DNA of 64,000 nt, taken from Alphaproteobacteria bacterium (GTDB lineage: Bacteria; Pseudomonadota; Alphaproteobacteria; Elsterales; Elsteraceae). The position numbers were made by a program, and so were the translations under genes. This document shows positions 1 through 11,956 of the stretch, in pieces; the stretch's first letter is position 1; every line of letters begins with the position of its first letter. The stretch spans positions 533-64,532 of the forward strand of contig JAYSQZ010000036.1 of assembly GCA_043721315.1 (NCBI GenBank). The letters are read 5' to 3'. The notes beneath the pieces are model-generated. The model searched no databases and was not told where the DNA came from. It saw only the letters and a list, made by a program, of their open reading frames with translations.

Positions 1-1
1 C

Positions 2-658
2 CGGATCTTCGACGCTGCGGGTGAGCATGTCCCCGTGACCGTCCTGAAGGTGGATGCGTGTCAAGTTGTCGGTATTCGCACCGAAGAGCGCGATGGCTAT
101 AATGCCGTGCAGCTTGGTGCGGGTGCGATTAAAGTTAAGAACGTTAACAAAGCCCAGCGCGTAACTTTCGCCGCTGCGAAGGTAGAGCCGAAGCGTAAGG
201 TCGTGGAATTCCGCGTCGATGCTGATGGTTTGCTGGATGTGGGCGTTGAGTTGTCGGTCGAGCATTTCATTACTGGTCAGTTCGTCGATGTGACGGGCAC
301 GTCGATCGGTAAGGGTTTTGCCGGGGGCATGAAGCGTCATAACTTTGGTGGTCTGCGCGCATCGCACGGTGTGTCCGTGTCGCATCGCTCCCTCGGTTCG
401 ACGGGTAATCGTCAGGATCCGGGTAAGACCTTCAAGGGCAAGAAGATGGCCGGTCACATGGGCGATGTCCGCGTGACCACGCAGAACCTGAAAGTGATTG
501 GCACCGATGCCGAGCGCGGTCTGATTCTGGTGAAGGGCGCGGTTCCTGGCTCTGCCGGTGGGTTTGTTTTGGTGCGTGATGCGGTTAAGCGGGTTCAGCC
601 GGAAGGTCTTCCTTTCCCGGCAGCGCTCAAGACCGACGCCGCAGCAGCGGAGGCGTAA
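2..658 (+). CDS. rplC: 50S ribosomal protein L3 (5' end outside window)
   Basis: Frame open from base 2 ([15 protein letters not shown]); [13 protein letters not shown] and GNRQDPG motifs; first gene of the S10 cluster here. Confidence 0.98.
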   Translation, partial: RIFDAAGEHVPVTVLKVDACQVVGIRTEERDGYNAVQLGAGAIKVKNVNKAQRVTFAAAKVEPKRKVVEFRVDADGLLDVGVELSVEHFITGQFVDVTGTSIGKGFAGGMKRHNFGGLRASHGVSVSHRSLGSTGNRQDPGKTFKGKKMAGHMGDVRVTTQNLKVIGTDAERGLILVKGAVPGSAGGFVLVRDAVKRVQPEGLPFPAALKTDAAAAEA

Positions 659-661
659 GCG

Positions 662-1279
662 ATGCAAGTCAAAGTCGAAACTCTGTTCACGGGTGAAGCC
701 GGAACAATAGATCTGGCGGATGAAGTTTTCGCCCTGGATCTTCGTAAGGACATTTTGGCGCGCGTCATTCATTGGCAACTCGCCAAGCGTCGCAGCGGCA
801 ATCACAAGACCAAAGGTATCTCGGAAATCTCCGGGACGACCAAAAAGCCTTACGCCCAGAAGGGCACGGGTAACGCCCGTCACGGCTCGCTGCGCTCGCC
901 GCAGTTCCGGGGTGGTGCGGTTATCCACGGTCCGGTCGTACGTGATCATGGCTATTCTCTACCGAAGAAAGTGCGCGCCCTCGGCCTCCGCACGGCTCTT
1001 TCGGCCAAGCAAGCCCAAGGTAAGCTGATCGTCGTCGATACGCTGCTGGGCGCGGACAAGACCAAAACGGTCGCCGATGCTTTCGCTAAGCGGGGCTGGA
1101 CTTCGGTCCTGTTCATAGATGGAGCGACGGTTGCCGCCGATTTCGCGCTTGCCGCGCGGAATATTAAGAATATTGACGTGCTGCCGCACGTTGGGGCCAA
1201 TGTGTACGACATTATCCGTCGCGACACGCTGGTGCTGACCCGCGCTGCCGTCCAGGAGTTGGAGGCTCGCCTGAAATGA
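662..1279 (+). CDS. rplD: 50S ribosomal protein L4
   Basis: [24 protein letters not shown] motif; gene order. Confidence 0.98.
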   Translation: MQVKVETLFTGEAGTIDLADEVFALDLRKDILARVIHWQLAKRRSGNHKTKGISEISGTTKKPYAQKGTGNARHGSLRSPQFRGGAVIHGPVVRDHGYSLPKKVRALGLRTALSAKQAQGKLIVVDTLLGADKTKTVADAFAKRGWTSVLFIDGATVAADFALAARNIKNIDVLPHVGANVYDIIRRDTLVLTRAAVQELEARLK

Positions 1280-1596
1280 GTGAGGCGAAAAAGGGCATGA
1301 CCCTCAGCCGTGAGCGTGCCTACGATATCATCCTGTCGCCGGTCATCACCGAAAAAGCCACGATGATCACGGATAAGAACTTCGTGACCTTCAAGGTTCT
1401 GCTCGACGCCACCAAGCCGGAAATCAAAGCCGCTGTGGAAATGGTGTTCGGTGTAACGGTTAAGGCCGTCAACACGGTAACGGTCAAGGGCAAGCGCAAG
1501 CTGTTCAAAGGCCGTCCCGGTAAGCGGTCCGACTATAAGAAGGCGATGGTCAAGCTGGCAGACGGCCAGACTATCGACCTGACGACGGGGGTGTAA
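1276..1596 (+). CDS. rplW: 50S ribosomal protein L23
   Basis: PVITEKA...KKAMVKL; ATGA overlap with rplD. Confidence 0.98.
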   Translation: MSEAKKGMTLSRERAYDIILSPVITEKATMITDKNFVTFKVLLDATKPEIKAAVEMVFGVTVKAVNTVTVKGKRKLFKGRPGKRSDYKKAMVKLADGQTIDLTTGV

Positions 1597-1600
1597 GCAG

Positions 1601-2428
1601 ATGGCATTGAAAACTTTCAAGCCCATCACGCCATCGCTGCGTCAACTGGTTCTGGTTGATCGCTCGGAGCTGTGGAAGGGTAAGCCGGAAAAGACGCTGA
1701 CCGAAGGTCTGAAAAAGACCGGCGGTCGCAACAATACGGGCCGCATTACTGCGTTCACACGTGGCGGCGGGCACAAGCGTCGGTATCGCCTAGTCGATTT
1801 CAAGCGCCGTAAGTTCGATATGAATGCGACGGTTGAACGGCTGGAATACGATCCGAACCGCTCGGCATTTATCGCGCTCATCACCTATACAGATGGTGAA
1901 AAGGCGTACATTCTGGCCCCGCAACGTCTGAAAGCCGGTGATCTTGTGGTCGCGGGCGAGAAGACCGACGTGAAGCCGGGCAATGCCATGCCGCTACGGA
2001 ACATTCCGGTCGGCACGATTGTCCATAATGTTGAGATGAAGATTGGTCGCGGTGGGCAGCTTGCCCGCGCCGCAGGCTCCTACGCTCAGCTTGTGGGCCG
2101 CGATCAAGGGTATGCTCAGCTCCGTTTGGCCTCTGGCGAACTCCGCATGGTTCGGGGTGAGTGCATGGCCTCGATTGGGGCTGTGTCGAACCCCGACCAG
2201 AAGAACGTGAACTATGGTAAGGCTGGCCGTATGCGCTGGTTGGGCCGTCGTCCGTCTGTCCGTGGTGTCGCTATGAACCCGATTGATCATCCGCACGGCG
2301 GCGGCGAAGGCCGCACCTCGGGCGGTCGTCATCCGGTTACCCCTTGGGGTAAGCCGACTAAGGGTAAGAAGACCCGCAATAACAAGGCGACGGATCGGCT
2401 TATCGTCCGCCGTCGTCACGCGAAGTAA
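1601..2428 (+). CDS. rplB: 50S ribosomal protein L2
   Basis: [30 protein letters not shown] motifs. Confidence 0.99.
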   Translation: MALKTFKPITPSLRQLVLVDRSELWKGKPEKTLTEGLKKTGGRNNTGRITAFTRGGGHKRRYRLVDFKRRKFDMNATVERLEYDPNRSAFIALITYTDGEKAYILAPQRLKAGDLVVAGEKTDVKPGNAMPLRNIPVGTIVHNVEMKIGRGGQLARAAGSYAQLVGRDQGYAQLRLASGELRMVRGECMASIGAVSNPDQKNVNYGKAGRMRWLGRRPSVRGVAMNPIDHPHGGGEGRTSGGRHPVTPWGKPTKGKKTRNNKATDRLIVRRRHAK

Positions 2429-2443
2429 CGAAGGAGAACCGCC

Positions 2444-2722
2444 GTGGCGCGTTCCGTTTGGAAAGGTCCGTTTGTTGACGGATACCTTCTAAAGAAGGCA
2501 GATAAGTCCCGGGCTTCGGGCCGGAATGAGGTGATCAAGATTTGGTCGCGTCGTTCGACTATTCTGCCGCAATTCGTGGGTCTGACCTTTGGCGTTTATA
2601 ACGGCCAGAAATTCATTCCCGTTCTGGTAACGGACAATATGATCGGGCACAAGTTTGGCGAGTTTTCGCCAACGCGCACGTTCTACGGTCATGCTGCCGA
2701 TAAGAAGGCGAAGAGGAAGTAA
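2444..2722 (+). CDS. rpsS: 30S ribosomal protein S19
   Basis: [21 protein letters not shown]; GTG start after GGAG. Confidence 0.99.
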   Translation: MARSVWKGPFVDGYLLKKADKSRASGRNEVIKIWSRRSTILPQFVGLTFGVYNGQKFIPVLVTDNMIGHKFGEFSPTRTFYGHAADKKAKRK

Positions 2723-2726
2723 GGCT

Positions 2727-3107
2727 ATGAGCAAGAAACCTTTGCCCCGGCAGTTAGCCGATGTCGAAGCGCTCTCGGTCGTTCGCAATATGCGCGTCAG
2801 CGCACAGAAGCTGAACATTGTGGCGCAGTTAATCCGTGGTAAGAAAGCGAATACGGCTTTGGCCGAACTCACTTTCAGCACCCGTCGGATTGCAAAAGAT
2901 GTAAAGAAGGCCCTGCAATCGGCCATCGCAAACGCTGAAAACAATCATCAGCTTGACGTTGATAAGCTGTATGTGAAGGAAGCGTCGGTGGGTCAGAGCT
3001 TCGAGCTGAAGCGCTTTCACGCCCGTGCGCGCGGTCGCTCTTCGCGCATCGAGAAGCCTTTCAGCCATCTACGCATCGTAGTGCGTGAGCGCGAGGAGAC
3101 GGTGTAA
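2727..3107 (+). CDS. rplV: 50S ribosomal protein L22
   Basis: [26 protein letters not shown]; start trimmed to ATG 2727 after the rpsS stop. Confidence 0.97.
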   Translation: MSKKPLPRQLADVEALSVVRNMRVSAQKLNIVAQLIRGKKANTALAELTFSTRRIAKDVKKALQSAIANAENNHQLDVDKLYVKEASVGQSFELKRFHARARGRSSRIEKPFSHLRIVVREREETV

Positions 3108-3784
3108 TGGGTCAAAAAGTCAATCCAATCGGGCTTCGTCTCGGGATCAACCGCACCTGGGATTCGCGCTGGTACGCCAGCAAAGAATACGCCGTGATGC
3201 TGCATCAAGATCTGAAGCTGCGGAAGATGTTGTTTGAACGTCTCGTTCAGGCCGGTGTAAGCCGCATCATCATCGAACGTCCTGCCAAGAAGGCCCGCAT
3301 CTCCATTCATTCGGCGCGTCCGGGTGTGGTGATCGGCAAAAAAGGCGCGGACATCGAAAAGCTGCGTCTTGAACTGTCGAAGCTCACGAAAAGCGAAGTC
3401 AGCCTCAACATCGTCGAAATCCGCAAGCCGGAGCTTGATGCGAAGTTGGTCGCCGAAAGTATTGCTCAACAGTTGGAGCGTCGTGTTGCTTTCCGTCGTG
3501 CCATGAAGCGGGCCGTTCAATCGGCCATGCGTTTGGGCGCGCAAGGCATCCGCATTAACTGTTCGGGCCGTCTCGGCGGGGCTGAAATCGCTCGGATGGA
3601 ATGGTATCGCGAAGGCCGTGTGCCGTTGCACACTCTGCGTGCCGATGTCGATTACGGCGTTGGTACGGCGAAGACCACTTATGGCACCTGCGGTGTTAAA
3701 GTGTGGATCTTCAAGGGTGAAGTAATGACCCACGACCCGATGGCCCAGGACAAGCGCGCTGCTGAACAGCAGCCGACGCGCTAA
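3107..3784 (+). CDS. rpsC: 30S ribosomal protein S3
   Basis: [27 protein letters not shown]. Confidence 0.99.
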   Translation: MGQKVNPIGLRLGINRTWDSRWYASKEYAVMLHQDLKLRKMLFERLVQAGVSRIIIERPAKKARISIHSARPGVVIGKKGADIEKLRLELSKLTKSEVSLNIVEIRKPELDAKLVAESIAQQLERRVAFRRAMKRAVQSAMRLGAQGIRINCSGRLGGAEIARMEWYREGRVPLHTLRADVDYGVGTAKTTYGTCGVKVWIFKGEVMTHDPMAQDKRAAEQQPTR

Positions 3785-3802
3785 GGCTAAGGGAATAAAA
3801 CG

Positions 3803-4222
3803 ATGTTGCAGCCAAAGCGCACAAAGTTCCGTAAGGCCCACAAGGGCCGGATCCATGGCAATGCCAAGGGTGGAACTCAGTTGGCTTTCGGGTCGTATGG
3901 CCTGAAGTCACTGGAGCCGGGCCGAATCACGGCCCGTCAAATCGAAGCGGCCCGTCGCGCGATGTCGCGTCACATCCGCCGCGTGGGTCGTATCTGGATC
4001 CGCGTCTTCCCGGACATTCCGGTTTCGTCGAAGCCTGCCGAAGTCCGTATGGGTTCGGGTAAAGGGTCGCCGGAGTTTTGGGTTGCCCGTGTTAAACCGG
4101 GCCGCATCATGTTCGAAATGGACGGTGTGCCACGCGAGATCGCTGAACGTGCGTTCGAACTGGCTGCCGCAAAGCTGCCGGTGGGCGTTAAATTCGTTCA
4201 GCGCCTCGGCGAGGAGGCTTAA
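3803..4222 (+). CDS. rplP: 50S ribosomal protein L16
   Basis: [18 protein letters not shown]. Confidence 0.99.
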   Translation: MLQPKRTKFRKAHKGRIHGNAKGGTQLAFGSYGLKSLEPGRITARQIEAARRAMSRHIRRVGRIWIRVFPDIPVSSKPAEVRMGSGKGSPEFWVARVKPGRIMFEMDGVPREIAERAFELAAAKLPVGVKFVQRLGEEA

Positions 4223-4224
4223 CG

Positions 4225-4416
4225 ATGGCCGACGATATTCGCGTAAAGACCGATGACCAGCTTAAAGATGAGCTGGTTAACCTGAAGAAAGAGCAGTTCA
4301 ATCTGCGCTTTCAACAGGCGAGCGGTCAGCTCGAAAACACGGCGCGGGTCCGCCATGTGCGACGCCAAGTAGCTCGCATCAAAACAGTGCTGGCGGAACG
4401 GGCCGCGACCCGCTAA
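4225..4416 (+). CDS. rpmC: 50S ribosomal protein L29
   Basis: [19 protein letters not shown]; gene order. Confidence 0.97.
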   Translation: MADDIRVKTDDQLKDELVNLKKEQFNLRFQQASGQLENTARVRHVRRQVARIKTVLAERAATR

Positions 4417-4447
4417 AAGGGTCGCTTTCCGAATGGAGACTGCTTAA

Positions 4448-4705
4448 ATGCCAAGGCGCGTTCTGCAAGGCAGGGTAGTGAGTGATAAGTGCGATAAGAC
4501 CGTTACGGTTTTGGTGTCGCGCCGTGTTATGCACCCTGTCTACAAAAAATTCATCACGCGGACGAAAAAATACGCCGCGCACGATGAGACCAACAACTTC
4601 AAGACGGGTGACTTCGTGAAAATTCGCGAATGCCGCCCTATCTCGAAGTCCAAAACTTGGGAAGTTGTAGCCGATGAAACGGTTGCGACGGGCGAAGGAG
4701 CGTAA
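4448..4705 (+). CDS. rpsQ: 30S ribosomal protein S17
   Basis: [22 protein letters not shown]. Confidence 0.98.
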   Translation: MPRRVLQGRVVSDKCDKTVTVLVSRRVMHPVYKKFITRTKKYAAHDETNNFKTGDFVKIRECRPISKSKTWEVVADETVATGEGA

Positions 4706-4708
4706 CCC

Positions 4709-5077
4709 ATGATTCAGGTGCAAACTAACCTGGACGTCGCCGATAATTCGGGCGCACGCCGAGTCATGTGCATCAAAGTTCTGGGCGGCTCGAAGCGGAA
4801 GACGGCGGCGGTGGGCGACATTATTGTTGTTTCCATCAAAGAAGCCATTCCGCGGGGCCGCGTGAAGAAGGGCGATGTGCACCGGGCAGTGATTGTTCGG
4901 ACTGCGAAAGAGGTGCGTCGGACAGACGGGTCTTCGATCCGGTTCGATACGAACGCAGCGGTTCTGATCAATAAGCAGAACGAGCCTATCGGAACCCGTA
5001 TCTTCGGCCCGGTGACTCGTGAACTGCGGCTCAAGAACTTCATGAAGATCATCTCGCTCGCGCCGGAAGTGCTGTGA
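4709..5077 (+). CDS. rplN: 50S ribosomal protein L14
   Basis: [21 protein letters not shown]. Confidence 0.99.
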   Translation: MIQVQTNLDVADNSGARRVMCIKVLGGSKRKTAAVGDIIVVSIKEAIPRGRVKKGDVHRAVIVRTAKEVRRTDGSSIRFDTNAAVLINKQNEPIGTRIFGPVTRELRLKNFMKIISLAPEVL

Positions 5078-5400
5078 TGTCCTTGAAATTGAAAATCAAG
5101 AAGGGCGACCAGGTCGTTGTGACGACGGGTCGTGATCGCGGCAAGACGGGCGAGGTTCTCGAAGTTCTGCCGAAAGAAAACCGGGCTAAGGTCCAGGGCA
5201 TTAACATCGTCAAGCGGCACACCAAGCCGTCGCAGACGCAGCCCGGTGGGATTGTGGAAAAAGAATTGTCGATTCACGTCTCCAATCTTTCCCACATTGA
5301 TCCCAAGACCAAACAGCCGACCCGTATCGGTTTCAAATTCCTCGCTGATGGCCGCAAGGTGCGCTTCTCTAAGCGTTCCGGCGAGCTTATCGACGTTTGA
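5077..5400 (+). CDS. rplX: 50S ribosomal protein L24
   Basis: [21 protein letters not shown] motif. Confidence 0.98.
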   Translation: MSLKLKIKKGDQVVVTTGRDRGKTGEVLEVLPKENRAKVQGINIVKRHTKPSQTQPGGIVEKELSIHVSNLSHIDPKTKQPTRIGFKFLADGRKVRFSKRSGELIDV

Positions 5401-5408
5401 GGTGTAGC

Positions 5409-5951
5409 ATGGCGACCCGTCTGCAAGACCATTATCAAGCCGTTGTCCGTGGCAAGATGATTGAAGAATTCGGCTACAAGAACCCAATGCAGGTTCCGAA
5501 GCTGGAAAAAATCGTCATCAATGTTGGTGTCGGCGAAGCGGTCACGGATCAAAAGAAACTCGATGCTGCCGTTGGCGAAATTGCGCTCATTACCGGCCAG
5601 CGACCAATCAAAACCTACGCCAAGAAGTCGATCGCGGGTTTCAAAATCCGTGAAGGCATGGCGTTAGGGGCGAAGGTTACGCTGCGCGGCGAGCGCATGT
5701 ACGAGTTCCTTGATCGGCTGATTACCATTGCGTTGCCGCGCGTGCGCGATTTCCGGGGTGTGAGTGCGAAGAGTTTTGATGGTCGTGGCAACTATGCCCT
5801 CGGCCTGAAGGAACAACTCGTGTTCCCGGAAATTGACTATGACAAAGTGACCGACATCCGTGGGATGGACATCATTATCGTCACGAGCGCGAATACCGAC
5901 GACGAAGCGCGTGCCCTGCTTAAGGGTTTCCAAATGCCGTTCTCGTTGTAA
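5409..5951 (+). CDS. rplE: 50S ribosomal protein L5
   Basis: [27 protein letters not shown]; start at ATG 5409. Confidence 0.98.
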   Translation: MATRLQDHYQAVVRGKMIEEFGYKNPMQVPKLEKIVINVGVGEAVTDQKKLDAAVGEIALITGQRPIKTYAKKSIAGFKIREGMALGAKVTLRGERMYEFLDRLITIALPRVRDFRGVSAKSFDGRGNYALGLKEQLVFPEIDYDKVTDIRGMDIIIVTSANTDDEARALLKGFQMPFSL

Positions 5952-5966
5952 GGCGGAGAGGGTTCA

Positions 5967-6272
5967 ATGGCCAAGACGAGTTCTGTTCAGAAGAACAAAC
6001 ATCGCGAGAAGCTTTCGGCGCAGCACGCTAGCCGGCGTGCTAAGCTGAAAGCGATCATTCAGAATAAAGAGACAACGCTCGAAGAGCGATTCTCGGCAAC
6101 GCTGAAGCTCGCGGAAATGCCCCGAAATGGGGCGAAGATTCGCGTTCGCAATCGCTGCGAAGTGACGGGGCGTCCGCGCGCCGTCTATCGCAAGTTCAAG
6201 CTGTGCCGGAATGCACTGCGCGAACTGGGTTCGGCCGGCCAGATTCCTGGCTTGGTCAAGTCGAGCTGGTAA
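5967..6272 (+). CDS. rpsN: 30S ribosomal protein S14 (long, 101 aa form)
   Basis: [22 protein letters not shown]. Confidence 0.98.
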   Translation: MAKTSSVQKNKHREKLSAQHASRRAKLKAIIQNKETTLEERFSATLKLAEMPRNGAKIRVRNRCEVTGRPRAVYRKFKLCRNALRELGSAGQIPGLVKSSW

Positions 6273-6286
6273 GAGGAGTTTAGGAT

Positions 6287-6685
6287 ATGGCGATGAGCGA
6301 TCCCTTAGGGGATATGCTGACGCGCATCCGCAACGCCCAGCATGCGCGTATGTCGGTGGTTTTATCCCCGGCATCGAAGCTGCGGGCGAATGTGCTCGAA
6401 GTGTTGAAGCGTGAAGGTTACATTCGCGACTACACTCAGGCAGACGTGCGGGCTGGCGTCCAAGAACTGCGTATTGAGCTGAAGTATCACGAAGGCCAAG
6501 CCGTTATTAAGGAGATCAAACGTGTCTCCAAACCCGGCCGCCGCGTGTATACCAAGATCAAAGATCTGCCAAAGTTCTACAATGGTCTTGGCATTTCGAT
6601 TCTCTCCACGCCTCGCGGTGTGATGTCCGACGCTGAAGCGCGCGCTGCCAATGTTGGTGGTGAAGTGCTTTGCCGCATATTCTAA
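6287..6685 (+). CDS. rpsH: 30S ribosomal protein S8
   Basis: [28 protein letters not shown]. Confidence 0.99.
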   Translation: MAMSDPLGDMLTRIRNAQHARMSVVLSPASKLRANVLEVLKREGYIRDYTQADVRAGVQELRIELKYHEGQAVIKEIKRVSKPGRRVYTKIKDLPKFYNGLGISILSTPRGVMSDAEARAANVGGEVLCRIF

Positions 6686-6697
6686 GGGAGGCGACCA

Positions 6698-7231
6698 ATG
6701 TCACGTGTTGGTAAGTATCCCGTTGCGGTCCCGGCTGGCGTCACGGTATCCGTAAAAGATGGGGTTTTTCTTGCACAAGGTAAGCTGGGGGAACTCAGTC
6801 TGCCTTTGTCTAGGGATCTTGAAACGACGGTGGACGGTTCGTCCGTCTCCGTAAAGCCCATTGCGACGACCAAGCAGGCCCGCGCTATGTGGGGCACCAC
6901 ACGCGCTCTCATCAATAATATGGTGAAAGGCGTTAGCACAGGCTTTACTCGTAAGCTCGAAATCAACGGCGTGGGCTACCGCGCCGATGTACAGGGCAGA
7001 ATGGTAAAGCTGAAGCTTGGTTATTCGCATGACATCAATTATGCCCTCCCTGAAGGCATTACCGTTGTTGCCGAAAAGCCAACGTTGCTGGCTATTACAG
7101 GCGCAGACCGTCAAAAGGTCGGCCAAGTAGCCGCTGAAATTCGCCGCTTCCGCGGTCCCGAGCCTTACAAGGGCAAGGGGATTAAGTTCGAGGAAGAGAC
7201 CATCCTGCGTAAGGAAGGCAAGAAGAAGTAA
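6698..7231 (+). CDS. rplF: 50S ribosomal protein L6
   Basis: [15 protein letters not shown]. Confidence 0.99.
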   Translation: MSRVGKYPVAVPAGVTVSVKDGVFLAQGKLGELSLPLSRDLETTVDGSSVSVKPIATTKQARAMWGTTRALINNMVKGVSTGFTRKLEINGVGYRADVQGRMVKLKLGYSHDINYALPEGITVVAEKPTLLAITGADRQKVGQVAAEIRRFRGPEPYKGKGIKFEEETILRKEGKKK

Positions 7232-7242
7232 GGACGCGGACC

Positions 7243-7605
7243 ATGATGAAGCCGAAAGAACTCTTCGAGCGTCGTCGTCAGCGCGTCCGTACGCGACTGA
7301 GGGCAACGTCCAATGGCCGCCTGCGGCTATCGGTATTCCGCTCGAGCAAGCACATTTACGCCCAGGTGATCGACGACGCGCAGGGTTTAACCCTAACCGC
7401 CGCATCCTCTGTGGACAAAGAACTGCGCGGTCAACTGAAGACCGGCGCCGATATCGAGGCTGCCAAAGCTGTCGGTACGCTTGTGGCCCAGCGTGCGCTG
7501 GCCAAAGGCGTCGCGACTGTGGTCTTTGACCGTGGCGGTTACATCTACCACGGCCGGGTGAAGGCCCTGGCCGACGCTGCTCGCGAAGCCGGGCTGGCGT
7601 TCTAA
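7243..7605 (+). CDS. rplR: 50S ribosomal protein L18
   Basis: [30 protein letters not shown]. Confidence 0.99.
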   Translation: MMKPKELFERRRQRVRTRLRATSNGRLRLSVFRSSKHIYAQVIDDAQGLTLTAASSVDKELRGQLKTGADIEAAKAVGTLVAQRALAKGVATVVFDRGGYIYHGRVKALADAAREAGLAF

Positions 7606-7619
7606 GGGGGCATTCGAAA

Positions 7620-8189
7620 ATGGCACGGGAAGATCGTCGGGATCGCGAGCGTCAGCCGCGTGAACGAGAAGAATCGGAACTGGTTGAAAAGCTGGTTGGT
7701 ATCAATCGCGTCGCCAAAGTGGTGAAAGGGGGCCGTCGGTTCGGTTTCGCTGCTCTGGTCGTGGTTGGGGATGGTAAGGGCCGGGTTGGCCACGGATCGG
7801 GCAAGGCACGCGAAGTGCCGGAAGCCATCCGTAAGGCGACCGAGCAGGCAAAGCGCAGCATGGTTCGGGTGCCGTTGCGGGAAAACCGCACGCTGCATCA
7901 CGATGCCAGTGGGCATTTCGGCGCAGGCCGCGTTGTTCTTCGGGCGGCAACTGCCGGTACCGGGATCATCGCGGGTGGTCCGATGCGCGCGGTGTTTGAA
8001 GCGCTTGGCGTGCAAGATGTGGTCGCAAAGTCGCTGGGCACCTCCAATCCGCATAACATGATTAAGGCGACATTCGACGCCTTGTCCGGCACGGTATCGC
8101 CGCGCGCGGTTGCATCGCGTCGCGGTAAGAAGGTGGCAGACATCCTCGGCCGTCGCGATGGCGAAGCCGCCGCCGCGAAGGAAGTGTAA
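7620..8189 (+). CDS. rpsE: 30S ribosomal protein S5
   Basis: [24 protein letters not shown]. Confidence 0.99.
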   Translation: MAREDRRDRERQPREREESELVEKLVGINRVAKVVKGGRRFGFAALVVVGDGKGRVGHGSGKAREVPEAIRKATEQAKRSMVRVPLRENRTLHHDASGHFGAGRVVLRAATAGTGIIAGGPMRAVFEALGVQDVVAKSLGTSNPHNMIKATFDALSGTVSPRAVASRRGKKVADILGRRDGEAAAAKEV

Positions 8190-8193
8190 GATC

Positions 8194-8403
8194 ATGACTG
8201 AAACCGTTAAAGAAGCTGCGGGTAAGACTGTAAAGGTCACCCAGATCGGCAGCCCGATCGGTCGTGAAGCCTATCAGCGGGATACGCTGAAGGGGCTTGG
8301 TCTTAACAAGCTGCATCGGAGCCGCGTTCTGGAGGATACTCCGGCGGTGCGCGGAATGATCCGTACGGTGCAGCATCTGGTGAAGGTCGATGACCCGGCG
8401 TAA
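8194..8403 (+). CDS. rpmD: 50S ribosomal protein L30
   Basis: [10 protein letters not shown]...TLKGLGLNK...DTPAVRGMI; start trimmed to ATG 8194. Confidence 0.96.
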   Translation: MTETVKEAAGKTVKVTQIGSPIGREAYQRDTLKGLGLNKLHRSRVLEDTPAVRGMIRTVQHLVKVDDPA

Positions 8404-8468
8404 CCCGTAAGGGAACGCTTGGTTAGGCGGGGTGCCAGCATCCCGCCCCTTTTTCCGAGGAGAACACC

Positions 8469-8945
8469 ATGAAACTCAACGAAATCCGGGACAATGAAGG
8501 CGCGCGTAAGCGCCGGATGCGTGTCGGTCGCGGTATCGGCTCTGGCAAGGGCAAGACCTCGGGCAGCGGCGTGAAGGGGCAAAAGTCCCGCACCGGCGTG
8601 GCCATTGGTGGTTTTGAAGGCGGTCAGATGCCCCTCTATCGGCGTCTGCCGAAGCGCGGCTTCACTAATATTTTCCGCAAGACGTTCCAGGTCATCAACG
8701 TAGGCTCGATTCAAAAAGCCATTGATGAGGGTCGTTTGCCTGCCGATCAAACCATCACAGGGGCCATTTTGGCCGCTGCTGGTCTCATCCGCATTGCCGA
8801 TGCGCCCACGCGCTTGCTGGCGAAAGGCGATCTGACGGTAAAGCTGACCATCGAACTCGATGCAGCCAGCCCGGCTGCCGTTGCGGCAGTGGAAAAGGCG
8901 GGCGGCGCAGTCGTTCTGCCGGCTCCGGCTGCGGCAAAAGTTTAG
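8469..8945 (+). CDS. rplO: 50S ribosomal protein L15
   Basis: [30 protein letters not shown]. Confidence 0.99.
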   Translation: MKLNEIRDNEGARKRRMRVGRGIGSGKGKTSGSGVKGQKSRTGVAIGGFEGGQMPLYRRLPKRGFTNIFRKTFQVINVGSIQKAIDEGRLPADQTITGAILAAAGLIRIADAPTRLLAKGDLTVKLTIELDAASPAAVAAVEKAGGAVVLPAPAAAKV

Positions 8946-8951
8946 TTTATT

Positions 8952-9049
8952 TCTTAGAGCATCTTCGGTTTCCGTAGATGCTCTAAGATGTTGTTTTTTT
9001 AGCAAATGCGTCGTTGCGGATGGTTCCATCTGCTCGGGGTTTGCTCTAA
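8952..9049. repeat. Palindromic intergenic mosaic element (TAGAGC...GCTCTA family) between rplO and secY
   Basis: 13-bp perfect inverted repeat TCTTAGAGCATCT/AGATGCTCTAAGA (8952-8988), linker GTTGTTTTTTTAGC, then a second hairpin module ending GCTCTAA. Confidence 0.8.
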
Positions 9050-9070
9050 CGGCTGGCGGTTTATAACCTG

Positions 9071-10423
9071 ATGGCATCTGCTGCAGAACAACTCGCTGCA
9101 AATATCAACTTCAGCGCTTTTTCTAAGGCGACTGAGCTGAAGTCGCGCATTTGGTTTACGTTGGCCGCACTCGTTGTGTACAGGCTGGGGACTTATATCC
9201 CCTTGCCGGGCATTGACCCGTTGGTTCTGAGTGAAATTTTCAAACAGAATGCGGGCGGTATTTTAGGGATGTTTGACATGTTGGCAGGCGGCGCGCTCGG
9301 TCGGATGACCGTTTTCGCCCTCAACATAATGCCGTATATCTCTGCCTCGATTATTGTTCAGTTGATGACGGCGGTTAGTCCGCGCCTGGAAACCTTGAAA
9401 AAGGAAGGCGAGAGTGGCCGTAAAGTTCTCAATCAGTACACGCGTTATCTAACGGTGCTTCTCGCGACCGGCCAAGCCTATGGCATGGCGATAGGGCTTG
9501 AGAGCTTCCAGGGACCGTCGGGATCGGCAGTGATTGATCCGGGCATGTTCTTCCGTATCACCGCAGTTATCACGCTGGTGGGCGGGACTATGTTCGTGAT
9601 GTGGCTTGGAGAGCAGATTACGGCGCGCGGTGTCGGTAACGGTATCTCGTTGATCATTTTCGCTGGTATTGTCGCGAACTTGCCGAGCGCACTGGCGGGA
9701 ACGCTGGAGTTGGGGCGGACGGGCGCGCTCTCGGCGGCCTTTATTATCCTTCTCTTGGGCTTAGTCGTTGGCGTTGTGCTCTTCATCGTCTTTATGGAGC
9801 GCGCTCAACGGCGCATCCTGATCCAATATCCGAAGCGCCAGCAGGGCAATAGGGTGTTCGGAGGTGAATCGAGCCATCTGCCGCTTAAGCTCAATACCGC
9901 AGGTGTGATTCCGCCAATCTTTGCAAGCTCGCTGCTGCTGCTGCCGAGTACGATTGTGGGTTTCTCTGGTCAAGCAGCAACCGATCTTCCGCCGGTGTTG
10001 CGCTGGATCGGCGACAATCTTGCTCACGGCGCGCCGCTTTATCTTGCTCTCTACATCGGCATGATCTTGTTTTTCTCGTTCTTCTACACTGCCATCGTGT
10101 TCAACCCGGTGGAAACGGCAGATAACTTGAAGAAGCATGGCGGTTTCATTCCCGGCATTAGGCCAGGCAAGAATACTGCCGACCATCTCGACCATGTTTT
10201 GACACGGTTGACGGTGCTAGGGGCGCTCTACATCGCGGCAATTTGCGCTCTTCCAGAAATCCTCATCTCGCAGTATTCGGTGCCCTTCTACTTCGGCGGA
10301 ACAAGCCTGCTCATCGTCGTTACGGTAACGATTGATACGGTGGCTCAGGTCCATTCGCATTTGGTAGCGCATCAATACGAAGGCCTTATCAAAAAGGCCA
10401 AACTGCGAGGGAGGCGTGGATGA
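9071..10423 (+). CDS. secY: Preprotein translocase subunit SecY
   Basis: FALNIMPYISASII, WLGEQITARGVGNGISLIIF, FGGTSLLIVV. Confidence 0.99.
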   Translation: MASAAEQLAANINFSAFSKATELKSRIWFTLAALVVYRLGTYIPLPGIDPLVLSEIFKQNAGGILGMFDMLAGGALGRMTVFALNIMPYISASIIVQLMTAVSPRLETLKKEGESGRKVLNQYTRYLTVLLATGQAYGMAIGLESFQGPSGSAVIDPGMFFRITAVITLVGGTMFVMWLGEQITARGVGNGISLIIFAGIVANLPSALAGTLELGRTGALSAAFIILLLGLVVGVVLFIVFMERAQRRILIQYPKRQQGNRVFGGESSHLPLKLNTAGVIPPIFASSLLLLPSTIVGFSGQAATDLPPVLRWIGDNLAHGAPLYLALYIGMILFFSFFYTAIVFNPVETADNLKKHGGFIPGIRPGKNTADHLDHVLTRLTVLGALYIAAICALPEILISQYSVPFYFGGTSLLIVVTVTIDTVAQVHSHLVAHQYEGLIKKAKLRGRRG

Positions 10424-11076
10424 ACATAATTCTGTTGGGGCCACCGGGTGCTGGTAAAGGCACACAGGCACGGTATCTACAGGATACGCACGGTCTGGTA
10501 CAGCTTTCCACGGGCGACATGTTGCGCGCAGTGGTGGCCTCGGGCAGTGAGCTAGGGCAGGAAGCCAAGCGGGTGATGGCGGCGGGGCAGTTGATGCCCG
10601 ATACGCTCATGATCGATATGATCGCTGAGCGCGTCGCCCAGCCGGATTGCGTGAAGGGCTTCATTCTGGATGGGTTCCCGCGTACGGTGGCGCAGGCCGA
10701 AGGGCTGGATGCGATGCTGGTCGCGAGGGGCTTAAAGCTCGATCACGTTATCGAAATGCGGGTAGACGAGGCGGCGCTAACCGAGCGCATCACAGGCCGC
10801 TACACCTGCAAGAACTGTGGTACGGGGTATCACGATGTGTTTAAGCAGCCCAAGGTCGCAGACATCTGTGATAGCTGTGGAAGCACCGAATTTATACGTC
10901 GTGCGGATGATACGGTTGATGCCGTTTCTGCGCGATTGAAAGTGTATCGCGATCAGACAACGCCGATCCTGCCATACTATCGGGACCGGGGTGTTTTGCG
11001 GACGATTGACGGAATGGCGGACATCGCCGACGTAACGCACTCGGTTGAAGAGGTTCTTCAGTCGGGTAAAGTTTGA
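10420..11076 (+). CDS. adk: Adenylate kinase with four-Cys LID
   Basis: GPPGAGKGT, STGDMLR, LDGFPR; C-x2-C-x16-C-x2-C in the LID. Confidence 0.99.
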   Translation: MNIILLGPPGAGKGTQARYLQDTHGLVQLSTGDMLRAVVASGSELGQEAKRVMAAGQLMPDTLMIDMIAERVAQPDCVKGFILDGFPRTVAQAEGLDAMLVARGLKLDHVIEMRVDEAALTERITGRYTCKNCGTGYHDVFKQPKVADICDSCGSTEFIRRADDTVDAVSARLKVYRDQTTPILPYYRDRGVLRTIDGMADIADVTHSVEEVLQSGKV

Positions 11077-11081
11077 ATGGA

Positions 11082-11109
11082 TTGACTCTTAAGTCTGTCC
11101 GCCTATAAT
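11082..11109 (+). promoter_or_regulatory. Sigma70-type promoter of the alpha operon
   Basis: TTGACT-16 bp-TATAAT about 75 bp upstream of rpsM. Confidence 0.75.
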
Positions 11110-11182
11110 GCGCCCCCTCAATTGGACGGTGTTTGATAGGGTCGGCGGACAAGCGTCAACCCTCTTTTTAAGGAGTTAAAGC

Positions 11183-11551
11183 GTGGCGCGCATCGCAGGC
11201 GTGAACATTCCGACGCAGAAGCGCGTGGAGATTGGCCTTACCTATATTTTCGGCATTGGCCGTAAGACCTCCCACGACATTTGCGTCCAACTCGGTTTTG
11301 CACCTGAACGCCGGGTGCATCAGCTAAACGACGACGAAGTTCTTCGTATTCGTGAACTGATTGACCGGGATCATACGGTGGAAGGGGATCTGCGTCGTCG
11401 GGTCGCCATGCAGATTAAGCGGCTGATGGATCTCGGCTGCTACCGTGGTCTGCGCCATCGCAAAGGGCTGCCGGTACGGGGTCAACGGACCCATACCAAT
11501 GCCCGTACGCGCAAGGGCAAGGCAAAGCCGATCGCCGGTAAGAAGAAGTAA
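11183..11551 (+). CDS. rpsM: 30S ribosomal protein S13
   Basis: [32 protein letters not shown]. Confidence 0.99.
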   Translation: MARIAGVNIPTQKRVEIGLTYIFGIGRKTSHDICVQLGFAPERRVHQLNDDEVLRIRELIDRDHTVEGDLRRRVAMQIKRLMDLGCYRGLRHRKGLPVRGQRTHTNARTRKGKAKPIAGKKK

Positions 11552-11563
11552 GGATAAAGGTTT

Positions 11564-11956
11564 ATGGCCAAGGCTCCTGCTACGCGCATTCGCCGCCGCG
11601 AGCGCAAGAACATTACGTCGGGTGTGGCACACGTTAACTCGACGTTTAACAACACCATGATCACCATCACCGATGCACAGGGCAACGTGATTGCTTGGTC
11701 GTCTTCGGGCACGAAGGGTTTCAAGGGGAGCCGTAAATCGACTCCCTATGCCGCTCAGATGGCCGCTGAGGATGCTGGTCGCAAGGCGATGGAACATGGT
11801 ATGCGTACGCTGGAAGTCGAAGTGAAGGGGCCGGGCGCTGGCCGTGAATCGGCGCTTCGCGCTTTGCAGTCCGTGGGTTTTGCCGTGACATCCATCCGCG
11901 ATGTCACGTCGATCCCCCACAATGGTTGCCGTCCGCCGAAGCGGCGCCGCGTCTGA
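11564..11956 (+). CDS. rpsK: 30S ribosomal protein S11
   Basis: [31 protein letters not shown]. Confidence 0.99.
   Translation: MAKAPATRIRRRERKNITSGVAHVNSTFNNTMITITDAQGNVIAWSSSGTKGFKGSRKSTPYAAQMAAEDAGRKAMEHGMRTLEVEVKGPGAGRESALRALQSVGFAVTSIRDVTSIPHNGCRPPKRRRV

Noticed and set aside
10801-10880. Four-Cys metal-binding LID in Adk
   Set aside because: Already known from alphaproteobacterial adenylate kinases.
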